Below the pieces are notes generated by a model. That model ran no database searches. It had not been told where the DNA came from and saw only the letters and a program-made list of their open reading frames with translations. From Octopus sinensis (Eukaryota), in NCBI RefSeq assembly GCF_006345805.1, contig NC_043017.1, forward strand, positions 20,522,001-20,586,000: 64,000 nucleotides of DNA, written 5' to 3'. Position 1 is the first letter of the stretch. Each line of letters opens with the position of its first letter. Positions 40,621-53,831 of this stretch are shown here, piece by piece. A program made the position numbers and the translations under genes.

Positions 40621-41352
40621 TTAACCCTTTCGATACAAACCCAGCTGAAACTGCCTCTGGCTCTGAAATACAAATGTCTTGCTTTCAAAAGTTCTGAAGT
40701 AAAATCTTCCACCAAACCTTAATCACAATTTATATTCCTAACACTAGCTTAATGATAACTAAGTTACTTCACTAAATTTTTTGTTATATTTAAAATTAAT
40801 TAAAAGAAACACAGAGCACCTCAAAATAAATACAGTAACAAAAGGGTTAAAATATATAATAGTGAAACAATTCTTAACCCTTTTGATACCAACCTACCTG
40901 AAACCACCTCTGACTCTGTTGTATAAATGTATTGTTTTCATAAGTTTTGAATTAAAATTTTCCACCAAACCTTAGTCACAATTTATGTTCCTAACACTAG
41001 CTTAACGATAAGTTATTTCACTAAATTTTTTTGTTATATTTAAAATTAATTGAAAGAAACACAGAGCACCTCAAAATAAATACAGTAACAAAAGGGTTAA
41101 AATATATAATGAGAAACAATTCTTAACCCTTTTGATACCAACCTGGCTGAAACCACCTCTGACTCTGTTGTATAAATGTCTTGTTTTCATAAGTTTTGAA
41201 TTAAAATTTTCTGCCAAACCTTAGTCACAATTTATGTTCCTAACACTAGCTTAATGATAACTAAGTTATTTCACTAAATTTTTTGTTACATTTAAAATTA
41301 ATTGAAAGAAACAGAGAGCATCTCAACAGAAATACAGTAACAAAAGAGTTAA
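40621..41352. mobile_element. Three tandem piggyBac-like MITEs (about 220-226 bp each)
   Basis: Each unit is TTAA-CCCTT...AAGGG-TTAA (third ends AAGAG-TTAA), at 40621-40850, 40874-41100 and 41123-41352, separated by near-identical 22-23 bp spacers. Confidence 0.85.
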
Positions 41353-42159
41353 TGTAAATTTGTTAGTAATTCTTTTTATACTTGATACCATCAGAAAATT
41401 AAGCTACCAGTCTCCACCTATGATGCCATGCTTTGGTTAAAAGGGTACAATACACATATGCCAGTTGCGTTTTATTGTTTTACTCCGCAAGTGTCAGGTT
41501 TTTATCTAAGATATAAAAATAAAGCATTGAACATGATTACAAGTAGATAAAATGGAAGCTGAAAAACGTCAGCATTTTAAAGTACCACACAACAACCACT
41601 TTGTGGAATTTTCCATGTTTGGCGCTGTAAGTCAGCATTCAGAAAAACTTTCAGATTTTAGAGGTTTTTCAAAATTTAGATTTTTAGAAGAAGAATTTTC
41701 AGTTGTATTACTCTGACAAAAGTATATTTATTTTGTTACTCATCAAATAAGGGATTCTCAGATTTTGGAATTTCAGTGTGTAATGAAAGTATTCTTCCAT
41801 AGTTACTTGTTGAATGACTGGTAACAGTCTTGTAATGGAATATAGCAAAAACAAAAGAAGACAAGGAAAAAAAAAAAACCTGAAATTTTCAGGCTGTGCT
41901 AATCTCTTTAGAATTAGCACCCTGCAAGATCTTAATTTTGTGGTAATTACATTCTTACAGTTTTATCAATTTTAAATTAAACTCCCCAATAAATATTTGA
42001 TCAACTTTTATTTACTTAAGCATTTGATAAAATCCAATTTAATGGAAGAATGTTGATTGCTTTCTGTAAGGCAACTGTTATTTTCTTTTCTATGCGTGTT
42101 TTAATTGCACTCACTGTTGTCATTGTTGTTGTTATTATTATTATTATTGTTGTTGTTAT

Positions 42160-42393
42160 TAAGGTAGTGAGCAGGCAGAAACATTAGCACACTGGACAAA
42201 AATGTTTTGCAGCATTTCCTCTGTCTTTATGTTCCAAGTTCAAATCCTGCTGAGGTCGACTTTGCCTTTCAGCCTTTCGGGGTCGATAAATTAAGTACCA
42301 GTTAAACACTGGGGTCAATGTAATCGACTAGTCCCCTCCCCTAGAAAATTTCAGGCTTTGTGCCTATAGTAATAAAGATTATTATTATCATCA

Positions 42394-42427
<34 letters not shown>

Positions 42428-42690
42428 CATTATTATTATTAGTAGTAGTATTATTATTATTATTATTATTAAGGCAGTGAGCTGGCAGAATTGTTAGCAT
42501 GCCAGGCAAAATGGTTAGCGGTATTTCACCTGCCACTATGTCCTGAGTTCAAATTCCGCCGAGGCTGACTTTGCCTTTCATCCTTTAGGGGGTTGATAAA
42601 ATACGTACCAGTGAAACACTGGGCTCAATGTAATCGATGAGACCCCACCCCACAAATCTGAGGCCTTTTGCCTCCAGTAGAAAGGATTAT
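42160..42690 (+). mobile_element. Two head-to-tail family B SINEs separated by (ATT)n
   Basis: Copies at about 42160-42378 and 42471-42690. Confidence 0.85.
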
Positions 42691-43639
42691 TATCATTATT
42701 ATTATAATAATAATTATTATTATTGTTGTTGTTGTTTAGTAGATTAAAGCTTTTGGCAGAGCATCATACAACATGCCCTAAGTTAGTGAGTTAATTCTGT
42801 TCATATTCTCTGGAGTTCAAATCTGCCAGAGGTCAGCTTTAATTTTCCTCTATCCGGGAGTTCATAAAATACCAGTCAAGTTGAGAATTCAGTTTGAATT
42901 GCTATTCCTGTGCTGAAAGTTTCTGTCCTATTTTGCCAATACCAGAAAAAAAACAACAAAAAAAAACATCATCATCATCATCATCAACATCATCAACATC
43001 ATCAATAACAACAACAACAGCACCAGCAGCCACCACCACCACCACCACCATCATTTAATTACAGTACTGCTGTGAATTTATTTAGTATCTAACTTTATTG
43101 AATTTATAGTTTCTGTTTCTACACAAGAGCCGTGCTGCCCTGCTGCCCTCTATTGATCGTTTATAGTCTATAGATCAATTGCTGTGACTAATTTACAGAT
43201 CAGAGCAGCTGCTGGACGCCAAGTCTGTATCGGAATTTGAGAATTGAGCTGATTAAGCATGAAAGATATGTTTTTCATATAGAAATTCTGATAAAAAAAA
43301 AAGGCAAACAAAAAACAGAAAACATGATCATGTTTTAATGGTTGTCAGAAAACGTGATGTTGGAGAGTTCTGAATCTTTAGGTTTCTCCATCTTGTGCTA
43401 TAATCATCTCCATCGATGGCATGGTTGGTTTTGCATTCAGTTGTTTAGAGGGAAAGACAGAGAGAGAGAGAGAGAGGAAGAAACAGAGAGAGAGAGAGAG
43501 GGGGAGAGAGAAAGATGTGTGCCTGGTAGATTGCAATGTAATAAAGTATTCTTAATTTGGAAGAGGTCTTAGTTTTTATTTCTAAATAGATAGAAATTCA
43601 CCGAAACCTCTCATGTAGATGGTATGGATTACATTAAGA

Positions 43640-44210
<571 letters not shown>

Positions 44211-44494
44211 ATATACACAGAGATAAACACTCACACTCACACATGTATTTCTGTACATATGTATATGTACAAAAACATAACATAACACACACACGTTTAT
44301 ATACATGCATCATCATCATCATCAACATCATCATCAAAATTCAATGTCTGTCTTCCCTGCTGGCATGATTTGGACAGTCCACTGACAATCCAATGAGATT
44401 TGCATATATCTCCAGTGTCTACTGGGGCGTGATTTTCATGGTCTGACGCCCTTCCTAATGACAACTGTCTTACAAGGATCTGAATGTCATGCCC

Positions 44495-44715
44495 TAATAC
44501 CATGAAGTATTATTGATAAAGCTACTATTTCATATTGCAATGGGCCATGAAGCTGCAGGCATTGCTTATCTGAAAAATTCCAAATATTGAAGCAACCAGA
44601 GACATCCCTCATTAGAAGATCAGAGATATTGTCTATGTGTTCTCCTAAGATGAAATTTCTCATGGATAATTATGTGGCACCTGAAAATCCCACACCAATC
44701 ATCACAACTTCATAG
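44495..44715 (+). pseudogene. Penelope-like element ORF C-terminus (after GIY-YIG), decayed
   Basis: Frameshifted translation SIIDKA...SCRHCLSEKFQILKQPETSLIRRSEILSMCSPKMKFLM matches the PLE C-terminal pattern WSIxDKA...CxLCLxEKxxIL...LNxRSExxSKCRHxxKFLL. Confidence 0.75.
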
Positions 44716-46731
44716 CAATTGAATTCATTGAAGTATGCAGAGAACCCACTCTTTACAGCAGATCAATATACTCTCCCACATATATCTTTTACTTGTTTCA
44801 GTCATTAGAACATGGCCATGCTGTGGCACTACCTTGAAGAAGTTCTATTAGTTAAATGAAGTGACCCCAACTATGGCTACACATTTCGGCAGACGAAATA
44901 CGAAATGCGTAGCCGTATTTCGTCTGCCGTTACGTTCTGAGTTCAAATTCTGCCAAGGTCGACTTTGCCTTACATCCTTTCGGGGTCAATAAATTAAGTA
45001 CCAGTTACGCACTGGCGTCGATATAATTGACTTAATCCGTTTGTCTGTCCTTGTTTGTCCTCTCTTCTCTGTGTTTAGCCCCTTGTGGGCAGTAAAGAAA
45101 TAGGTATTTATTCTATTGGCCTTTTTCATTGAACCCCTAAGTTATAGGGACATAAACATATAAACACCAGTTGCCAAGCAGTGGCTGGGGATTAACACAC
45201 ACACACACAAACACACACACACAAACACACACACAAACACACACACACAAACACACACATACATACACACACGATGAGCTTCTTTCAGTTTTTGTCTACC
45301 AAATCCATTCACAAGGCTTTGGTGGGCCCAAGACTATAGTAGAAGGCACTTGCCCAAGGTGCCACATTAGGGGACTGAACCCAAAACCACGTGGTTGGGA
45401 AGCAAGCTTCCTACCACACAGTTTCTATCTGCCTAATTTCATTTATAAAACACTGGCTACAGTTGGGGGACATGGCCCTTGGTGTAACATAATGGGGTCA
45501 AAGGAAGGGCTACATGAATTGTGAAACTAATTTCCCAATCTCACAACAACGGGTCGATTTGAGATAAGGCTGGGACTCGACTTTGGGTGAAAATTTTCCT
45601 TTCAGAAAGTGTATGTTGCATTCATATAAGATGAGAGAATCTGCAAAGGCATATGTTGTGGTTGATGGCTTCTACTAAGTGGAAAAAATGAAAGGGAGAT
45701 GACTATGATAAAATAAAGGAGGAGAAGACCTTGGAAAAGTTGTAGGGAGAAGACGAAGGAAAAATTATAGGGAGAAGATGCTGCAAAAGTTACAGGGAAA
45801 AGATGACGATGATGATGGTGATGATAATAAGATAATCTGACAGGATCTGCTAGTTACAGCAGCATATTCTGTCCCTGAAATTACATCTTGCAATCTTGCA
45901 AAGAAAGAAAAATTAGGGATGTGTTAGATAATGTAAATACTTGATACCATTGAATTAAAAAAGGAAAAATATCAAAGACAAGATATTCACAGTATGACTG
46001 TGTGTGTGATTATAGGTTTCCATGATGAAGACCGACTCAAGTCTAAACAACAACAACAACAACAACAACCACAACCCCAACAGCAACAACAATAACAACA
46101 GCATTAGAAATGCTAATTTTATTTCAAAAGAGAAGCAACATATTAATGGAATCAAAAGAGAAATCTTTTTCATTATTCAATTAGAAAATAAATTTGTTGA
46201 GGAATCATACTTCTGGCCTCCGTCTTCCACCTGATTTTCGCAATTACAATTACAGGGGCTGTTTAAAAGGGTCACTGCTTTATATTTTGTCTCTATATTC
46301 AACAAGGCATAATTTAAGTGCTATCTAGGGAAATAATCAAAGAGAGAAGAATCATCTCTTTTATGTTTTGTTTGTGGATCTGTTGTATTTAATCTTATTT
46401 TCTTCTACTAGAATGATTATATTTAATATACAAACATATACATACATACAAACATATATATATATATACACACACACACATACACTCATATATATATATA
46501 TACACACATACATACATTCATACACACACATACATATACACACACATATCTATACATACTGGTACAAACACACATATATATGCATACACACACACACTCA
46601 TATATATACATACATATACATACATTCATACATACATATACATGTGTATACATATATATATATATACATACATTCATATATATACATACATATATATACA
46701 TTCATACATACATATACATGTGTATAGATAT

Positions 46732-46762
<31 letters not shown>

Positions 46763-47626
46763 CATACATTCATATATATATATTATATATATATATTATA
46801 TATGTGTATATATAGACACAAACACAGATATACATACACATACTTAAACATATATATGTATATATATGAATATACAAACACACACATACATACATGTATG
46901 TACACACACATACACACACATGTTTACAACCTCTTTCAGAGTTCCTTAAATACTAAAGAATATAAAAATGAGGAATATTTCTTCCAGATTGTTCCCTATC
47001 ATAAACTAATTATAGTAAGTTGATACTTTTTTCAGAAAGATTGACTGTTGTTTTTTTTTTCCAACTATTATATTTTTGTTATTGTCACCCTTTTTTTTTT
47101 ATTTTTGTGTTTTTATTCTTGCTTTTTCATATTTTGAAAAAATATTATTTTAAACACACACAACAAAACATATATATATAGATATACTCATCAAAACATA
47201 CATATGCAAACTAATCTACACACACACACACACACACATACATTATTTTTTGAGTAAAAATGATGAATTTAAGCTTAATTTTAGAAATTTTGCTGGGATG
47301 GATTTTTTTTTTCAGAACTGGCGAAGGTCTTTAATAAGTGGGAAATAAAAAAAGACAAACTGGAATTGGTAACCTCCTCTAATGAGAACCTTTGCAAAAT
47401 TTTCTTTGAAAGGCAATTTAGGAATTCCTTCCTACCTTATAATCTCTTTGGGCTTTGACAAGTTTCTCAACTCTCTCTCCCTTTCTCTTTATCTTCTCAT
47501 ATCTTTCCTTGATTTTCTTTTGTACTTTATAAGTATGTGTGTGTGTGTGTGTGTGTGAGTGTGTGTGTGTGTGTGTGCATGTGTGTGTTTGGTTTTGGTA
47601 TCTGATATCTGTGTATATAGTATTGA

Positions 47627-47814
47627 CTACATTAAAATCACTGTGGTATCAAGCATTCCATTGGAACAGGAAAAAAATAAATAAAATGACAAACGAATAA
47701 ACAGAAATATCCATATTGAAAATATTTCCCAATGACATGGAAACTGGAGAGAGATAGCGGTCGTAGGTGGGTGGGTTGTGCGGTAAGAACGGGGTGGCGA
47801 TGTGGAAACGTTTC
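47627..47814 (-). CDS. Candidate terminal exon encoding a Ser/Thr/Pro-rich spacer and hydrophobic tail (GPI/TM-like)
   Basis: Acceptor ttactgatttctaag|G and a locally CpG-rich unique sequence. Phase-1 frame GNVSTSPPRSYRTTHPPTTAISLQFPCHWEIFSIWIFLFIRLSFYLFF...*; the other two frames are also open, so the frame is uncertain. Confidence 0.3.
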
Positions 47815-48028
47815 CTTAGAAATCAGTAAGATATTTTTCATCTTTTATCAGAAAAACATGTCAAAATGATCAACTAACCATCAGAAATGTAAAATGTAAA
47901 ATAGATTAAAAAAACCCAACAAAACAAGAATTTCACAACTAGATTTTTCTGGATTCCTATTACTTTAACCATCATTATCATTATTATTATCATTATTATT
48001 ATCATTATTATTATTATCATTATTATTA

Positions 48029-48065
<37 letters not shown>

Positions 48066-48066
<1 letters not shown>

Positions 48067-48410
48067 GAGTGATAGAGCAGTGCATGCCATCAAAGTGACA
48101 CTGGGGTAAAATATACGAAGCCCAGTATACCCATCATGACTACCCGTCTGATCAGGGTACACTAGGTACATGCATCACAACCATATGTGCGCGACATAGT
48201 GATCTCATATCAAGATAAACAGCACATGACCTTGCAAGTGGGGCCCAGTTAGAATTTTCTTCTGGTTGAGTAACCCATGCTGCTCAAAAGGTTCCTGAAT
48301 AAGGATTGTTTAAGGATGTTGAATGAAACACCCATGTTTCCAGAGGTGAATTATTCAAACCGCAAAGAATCCCTCTCAACACATGGCTATGATGCTCCCC
48401 CACTACTTCT
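48066..48410 (-). mobile_element. Interspersed repeat ending in a (TAA)n tail, probably a non-LTR 3' end or SINE
   Basis: Non-repetitive GC-richer block abutting a long (TTA)n array at 47970-48066; family not identified. Confidence 0.4.
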
Positions 48411-48427
48411 TCTTCTTATTATTATTA

Positions 48428-48781
48428 TTGAGGTGGGGAGCTGGTAGAATCATTAGCATGCTGGGCAAGATGCTCAGCAGCATTTCGTCTGTCTTTACTT
48501 TCTGAGTTCAAATTCCACTGAGGTGAACTTGGCCTTTCATCCTTATGGGGTCAATAAAATAAGTGCCAGTTGAGTACTTGGTTGATGTAATTGACTACGC
48601 CGTTCCTGAATTGCTGGCCTTGTGCCAAAATTTGAAATCAATTCTACTGAGGTTGACTTTTCCTTTCATCTTTTAGGGGTCGATAAAATAAGTTCCGGTT
48701 GATCAGTGGGGTTGATTTATCAACTCACCCATGCCCCTGAAATTGCTGGCCTTGTGCGAAAATTCGAAATCATTATTATTA

Positions 48782-48836
<55 letters not shown>

Positions 48837-49035
48837 GGCAGTGAGTTGGCAAAATTGGTAGCATGCTTGATGAAATGCTTAGTGATATTTCACCCGTCGT
48901 TATGTTCTGAGTTCAAATTCTGTTGAGGTCAACTTTGCCTTTCATCGATGAAATAAGTACCAGTTGAGCCCTGGGGTCGATGTTATCGACTAATCTCCCT
49001 CCCCCAAATTTCAGGCTTTGTGTCTATAGTAGAAA
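48428..49035 (+). mobile_element. Family B SINE array with internal duplication, separated by (ATT)n
   Basis: Copies at about 48428-48780 (3' part duplicated) and 48836-49035. Confidence 0.8.
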
Positions 49036-49394
49036 TTATTATTATTATTATTATTGTTGTTGTCGTTGTTGATGAAACTTTCAGGGATGTTTGGTTTCGT
49101 GACTGGCACGAACTGATTAGATTTTGGGATCGATCCAATACCAGACAAAGATTCTGGATTATTTTTCCTACTTTTTTTACTTAATTTTTGAGAGTGGTCA
49201 GTTTCATTTTCAGTAGTCCTGTTTGTGAGAGCAGTCGAGTTTATTTCAGATATTCTCATTTTAAAGACCACCTCTGGATAATCGTTGAGAGGACATTGGT
49301 GTTGCTTCGACAGAGGTTTGCACTCTCTGAGTGCGCTTGTTGTTATTTTTATAACTATTTAAAACATAATGTTTGAAAAAAATTATTATTATTA

Positions 49395-49855
49395 ATACAT
49401 GTAACCTTAGATATTCACACACTTTTGATAATCTTCCAAATGCTCAAAACTCTCCTGATAAACTTCCCTGTTCATAAGAGGCAAACTTTCTGTAAGAAAC
49501 TCTACAGGACATTCCATTCCAATCAACCGTTTGTCTGTATCATTGCTCACAGTCCTTAAAGCACCAATTCTCACAGTCCCTAAAGCACCAATTATTTCAG
49601 CCACAACGTTTACAATTTTCATATCCCAAATTCTCGCAATTTCAGATTTTAAGTGATTGTATTATTTTAATTTTGCTTCTTCTTTCTTTACAATCCTGGA
49701 ATCAAATGGACAGGATGGATCCATTAGAAAGCAACCTTGCTTTTCCTTCAATATTTTTGTTATATCTGCTTTATTATTTTTCATCTTCTTATTTGCTTAA
49801 ACTGGAAAATCCCATAAGCTCTTGCCTTTCTCTGATTCAAGCACTCTTTCAACCC
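49395..49855 (-). pseudogene. R4/Dong-clade non-LTR retrotransposon 3' fragment (restriction-like endonuclease), decayed
   Basis: Minus-strand translation ERVLESEKGKSLWDFPV*ANKKMKNNKADITKILKEKQGCFLMDPSCPFDSRIVKKEEAKLK*YNHLKSEIARIWDMKIVNVVAEIIGALGTV...LQKVCLL*TGKFIRRVL fits the R4 RLE pattern. It has stops, a frameshift and a 21-bp internal duplication. Confidence 0.85.
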
Positions 49856-49866
49856 AATTATTATTA

Positions 49867-49898
<32 letters not shown>

Positions 49899-50090
49899 GT
49901 TGTTGTTGTTGTTGTTATTGTTATTGCCACCACCGTTGCCACCACCACCACTACTACTACTAGCATTAGCATTGTGATAATCATTTTGAAGATCCCAGAA
50001 AAATTTAATGCATACAGTATTAAATATTTTTCTCTCTCATCATTGTCATCAACAGTATTATTATTATTATTATTACTACTCTCAATATTA

Positions 50091-50127
<37 letters not shown>

Positions 50128-50909
50128 TCTCAATATTATTATCATTATTATTATTACTCTCAATATTATTATTATTATTCTTCTTCTTCTTCTTCTTCTT
50201 CTTCTTATTATTATTATTACTCTCTCAACATAATAGGGATGGGTTCATGTTTTACACTTATAATGTTCGTTAGTATTCCTCACTTCATTTCTTCATTTTT
50301 CTCTTTGTTATGAAGAAACCAATTAAGACCCGTTTCAATATGGGTTGAAATAAAAAAAGTAAATAAGTATATATATATATATAAAATAAACAAACAAAAA
50401 AAGCGATTAGTGATTAGCTATTATAAACACACATGCAGGCATACACACAATGCACCATAACTATAAGGAGTAGCAAATGCATAAAAGTGCAGTTGCACCT
50501 TTTTTCTCTTGACAAAGTAATATTAGCTATTTTCAGGTTCATTTGTTTACCCATGGCATCTCCCTCTTTTGCAACACTTCACCATTTAACATCATTTAAC
50601 ACAAGACACAAGTTCTGAATTATGACTAAACTGCTGACAAGATGATAACTACTTAAGGAAGTAACAATCCCGAGGATTTTACATTTTCTTTAATTTATTT
50701 AGTTATTCTTGTATTGTTTTTGTGGGGGTGGGCGGGATGGTACAGGAAAGTGCGTGTTTGTGGGTGTATCTGTTTGTGTGTGGGGGGTGTTTGATTTTTG
50801 TCGATTTTCTATTGTTATTTTTCTTGTTTTTGTTTTTAACAAATGTTACTATAACTCAGGTATTCAAATACATACATATTCATTAATATATATATGCGCT
50901 ATTAATGTA

Positions 50910-50997
<88 letters not shown>

Positions 50998-51703
50998 ATG
51001 TGTGCGTAAGTATATATATGTCAACATGTATATACATATATATATTCATTTATGTATATAGCTGTGTGTGTATGTATGTATATATATATATATATATGTA
51101 TATAAAATTAAATATACACACACACATATATATATGTGTGTGTATATGTATGTGATGAGAGAATTGAAGAAAGGCATGAGGTCAGTGGAAGTTAGGGTGG
51201 TGGGAGTAACCTGGGAAAATGTAGAATTAGAGAATGGCTACAAATGGAATGGTAGTCTGCTCCTCCCTAGAAAATCTGTCATTCTTTTCAGTTGAAATTA
51301 TTAATACTGTTATTATTATTCTTCTTATTATTATTGTTGACATCATGAGTAGATGCGAGTATTCAAGAAAGGGAACCACGAAGCTAAACAAAAACAAGAC
51401 ATTTTTTTTGGTTGTTTTGTTTAGAGCGATTAAATTAGGATTCTTTTCTTTCTTTTCGAAAACAAAAAGCGCACACACACACGCATAAATGGCTGTTGTA
51501 GATTTTTGAACGGATTGTCGAATCGTGAGCGACATGAATATATTTCGGTATGATGTTTTAAATGGCACATTATTAATCATGCTTAAAAACTTTAAAAGTA
51601 ATAACGGTAAAGCACTTGCAATCGAACAAAAATATTTTTCAAACGTTCAGTTAGTTTTGTCATTTTATTTATTGAAAGAATTAACAAGAAAAAAATAAAA
51701 GAC

Positions 51704-51744
<41 letters not shown>

Positions 51745-51901
51745 AAGAGAGAGAGGTTAAGAAATAAAGAAAACAGATCCGCTTCTAAAAACCAAAATAA
51801 ACAAACCATATTCTTCTCTTTGAAACGGAAATGGAAATAAAATGCTAAAAGCATCTTAGAATACTCGACGATGGATAATTAGGATTTTAAAAATTCTGTA
51901 G

Positions 51902-52016
51902 AAGATCAGCAGTCTTCTTTAATGAAGTTCCACAAAGATATCAACAGCTTTTAGGAAGATTTCTCAAAGAATATGCAACAAGCAGCTTAGAGGAAGATTT
52001 TGTGAAGCAGCAGTGA
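51902..52016 (+). CDS. Candidate terminal coding exon
   Basis: ttctgtag|A AGA TCA...; frame RSAVFFNEVPQRYQQLLGRFLKEYATSSLEEDFVKQQ* has protein-like composition; no homolog recognised. Confidence 0.25.
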
Positions 52017-52857
52017 GAAGCTTAAAGATAAAATAGCAAAGGTTTTGTGAGATTCTTTTTTATTTATTTTGGAAACAGATTTTGAAATGGAAATGAATCC
52101 AAATAAATGGCTTAGATTTTTAGAGTTTTTTGTTTTCTTTTATTTATTATATTTTTTTTTAGTATTAAGAAATATTGATTGAAGAACTCCACTAGTATCA
52201 TGGTTGTCATATAGAGATGTAATACTATATAAAGTGACACACACACACACACACACACACAAAAGTGTTTGAATGAATTATTGACTGTAACAGGTGTATA
52301 AATGTTTCACTCTGTTGAGTGATATTTATCTGCTTGAAGATTTCTTTCATTGGAGCGAATTGGATATACACCTGTCACAATCAACAATTCTTTAAAACAT
52401 ATCCATTACTCAGCTGAAGAGCATCAAGTTCTCCATGTATTTCACGGTTTATTTTGTCTTTAAGACTCATTACTAAAATCTTATTACACACAAGAGAACC
52501 ATCCGAACGTGTCTGTTGCCAGCACCACCCCGACTGTCTTCCATGCCGGTGGCACGTAAAAAGCACCATCTGATTGTGGCTGTTGCCAGCCTCGCCTGGC
52601 CTCTGTGCTGGTGGCACGTAAAAAGTACCATCCGATCATGGCCGTTTGCCAGCCCCGTCTGGCACCTGTGCCGGTGGAACGTAAAAAGCATCCACTACAC
52701 TCATGGAGTGGTTGGCGTTAGGAAGGGCATCCAGCCGTAGAAACATTGCCAGATCAGACTGGGCCTGGTGCAGCCTTCTGGCTTCCCAGACCCCAGTTGC
52801 ACCGTCCAACCCATGCTAGCATGGAAAGCGGACGCTAAATGATGATGATGATGATGA

Positions 52858-52898
<41 letters not shown>

Positions 52899-53412
52899 AT
52901 GTATATATCGTGAGATCACATGATTGGTCAGATGTTGGACTATCAGATGTTGTTATACTTTGCTGGTCACAATGCACTTGGTAATGTTTTAGCTTTCGAA
53001 TGATGCTACCCTGCTAGCTATGCAAGCAGGCCAACATTCTCTCTGATTGGAAACTCAGTCCTTCTAAGGGTTACCCATTGGCAGCTCAGTGGACTGGAGT
53101 AATATGAAATGAAAAGTTTTGCTCAAGAACACAACATGTGCTGTCTGGGATTTGAACCAATAACCCAGCAATTGTGAGTGCAATACCCTAACCATAGGAC
53201 CACATGCCTTCTCTCTCTCTTACACGTACATTTATATGTACACAGACATATATACTAAATGATTGAAGAGATCAGTATGTAATATGCATTATATAATGAA
53301 GAAGACTGCATCATTGCCTTCATTCATATCTTCACATATGACATTTTGCTTGTTACCTTTATGATGAAACAATTGTAAACCATGCAATAATATATTAACA
53401 ACTCCATTCTTC

Positions 53413-53442
<30 letters not shown>

Positions 53443-53447
<5 letters not shown>

Positions 53448-53602
53448 TAAATTTCAGGGTAGTAAAATATTGTTTAGAAATTTTTTACCACTGTGGCCTA
53501 GTGTGTAGAAAAACTAGTCAACAGACAATATATTATTTATTATTTAGGCCATGGTGATAAAAAATTTCTAAATAATATTTTACTTCCTTGAAATTTATTA
53601 AT
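53443..53602. repeat. Fold-back hairpin: 58-bp inverted arms, 44-nt loop
   Basis: ATTAATAAATTTCAGGGTAGTAAAATATTGTTTAGAAATTTTTTACCACTGTGGCCTA (53443-53500) matches the reverse complement of 53545-53602 with about 6 mismatches. Confidence 0.85.
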
Positions 53603-53754
53603 GATAGTTCTTTTGGCTAATTTTGAAAGAAAATCAGCATTATTTCTATTTGCCTCCGAGAAAAAACTGCGCTTGCGCGGTGGATTTGAAAAATTATAAC
53701 ATGTAAGCATGAAGCATGTTCTGTATTGCCTCAGACTTATTTGTTAATCTTTGG

Positions 53755-53831
53755 CTTTCCTGCTGATGAGAGTTTCACCAAGCAAATTACTTTATTTGCT
53801 GAAGATTGCTCGAAACCATGGTCCAGGAAAG
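53755..53831 (+). ncRNA. Type I hammerhead ribozyme (Penelope/retrozyme-type), apparently intact
   Basis: Helix I CTTTCCTG (53755-62) pairs with CAGGAAAG (53824-31). Core CTGATGA (53763-69). Helix II GAG...CTC closes a long hairpin (AGCAAAT/ATTTGCT). GAAA (53812-15), palindromic helix III ACCATGGT, cleavage triplet GTC (53821-23). Confidence 0.88.

Noticed and set aside
40621-41352. Repeat-spacer-repeat layout resembling CRISPR
   Set aside because: Repeats are about 225-bp TTAA-flanked MITEs and the spacers are copies of each other.
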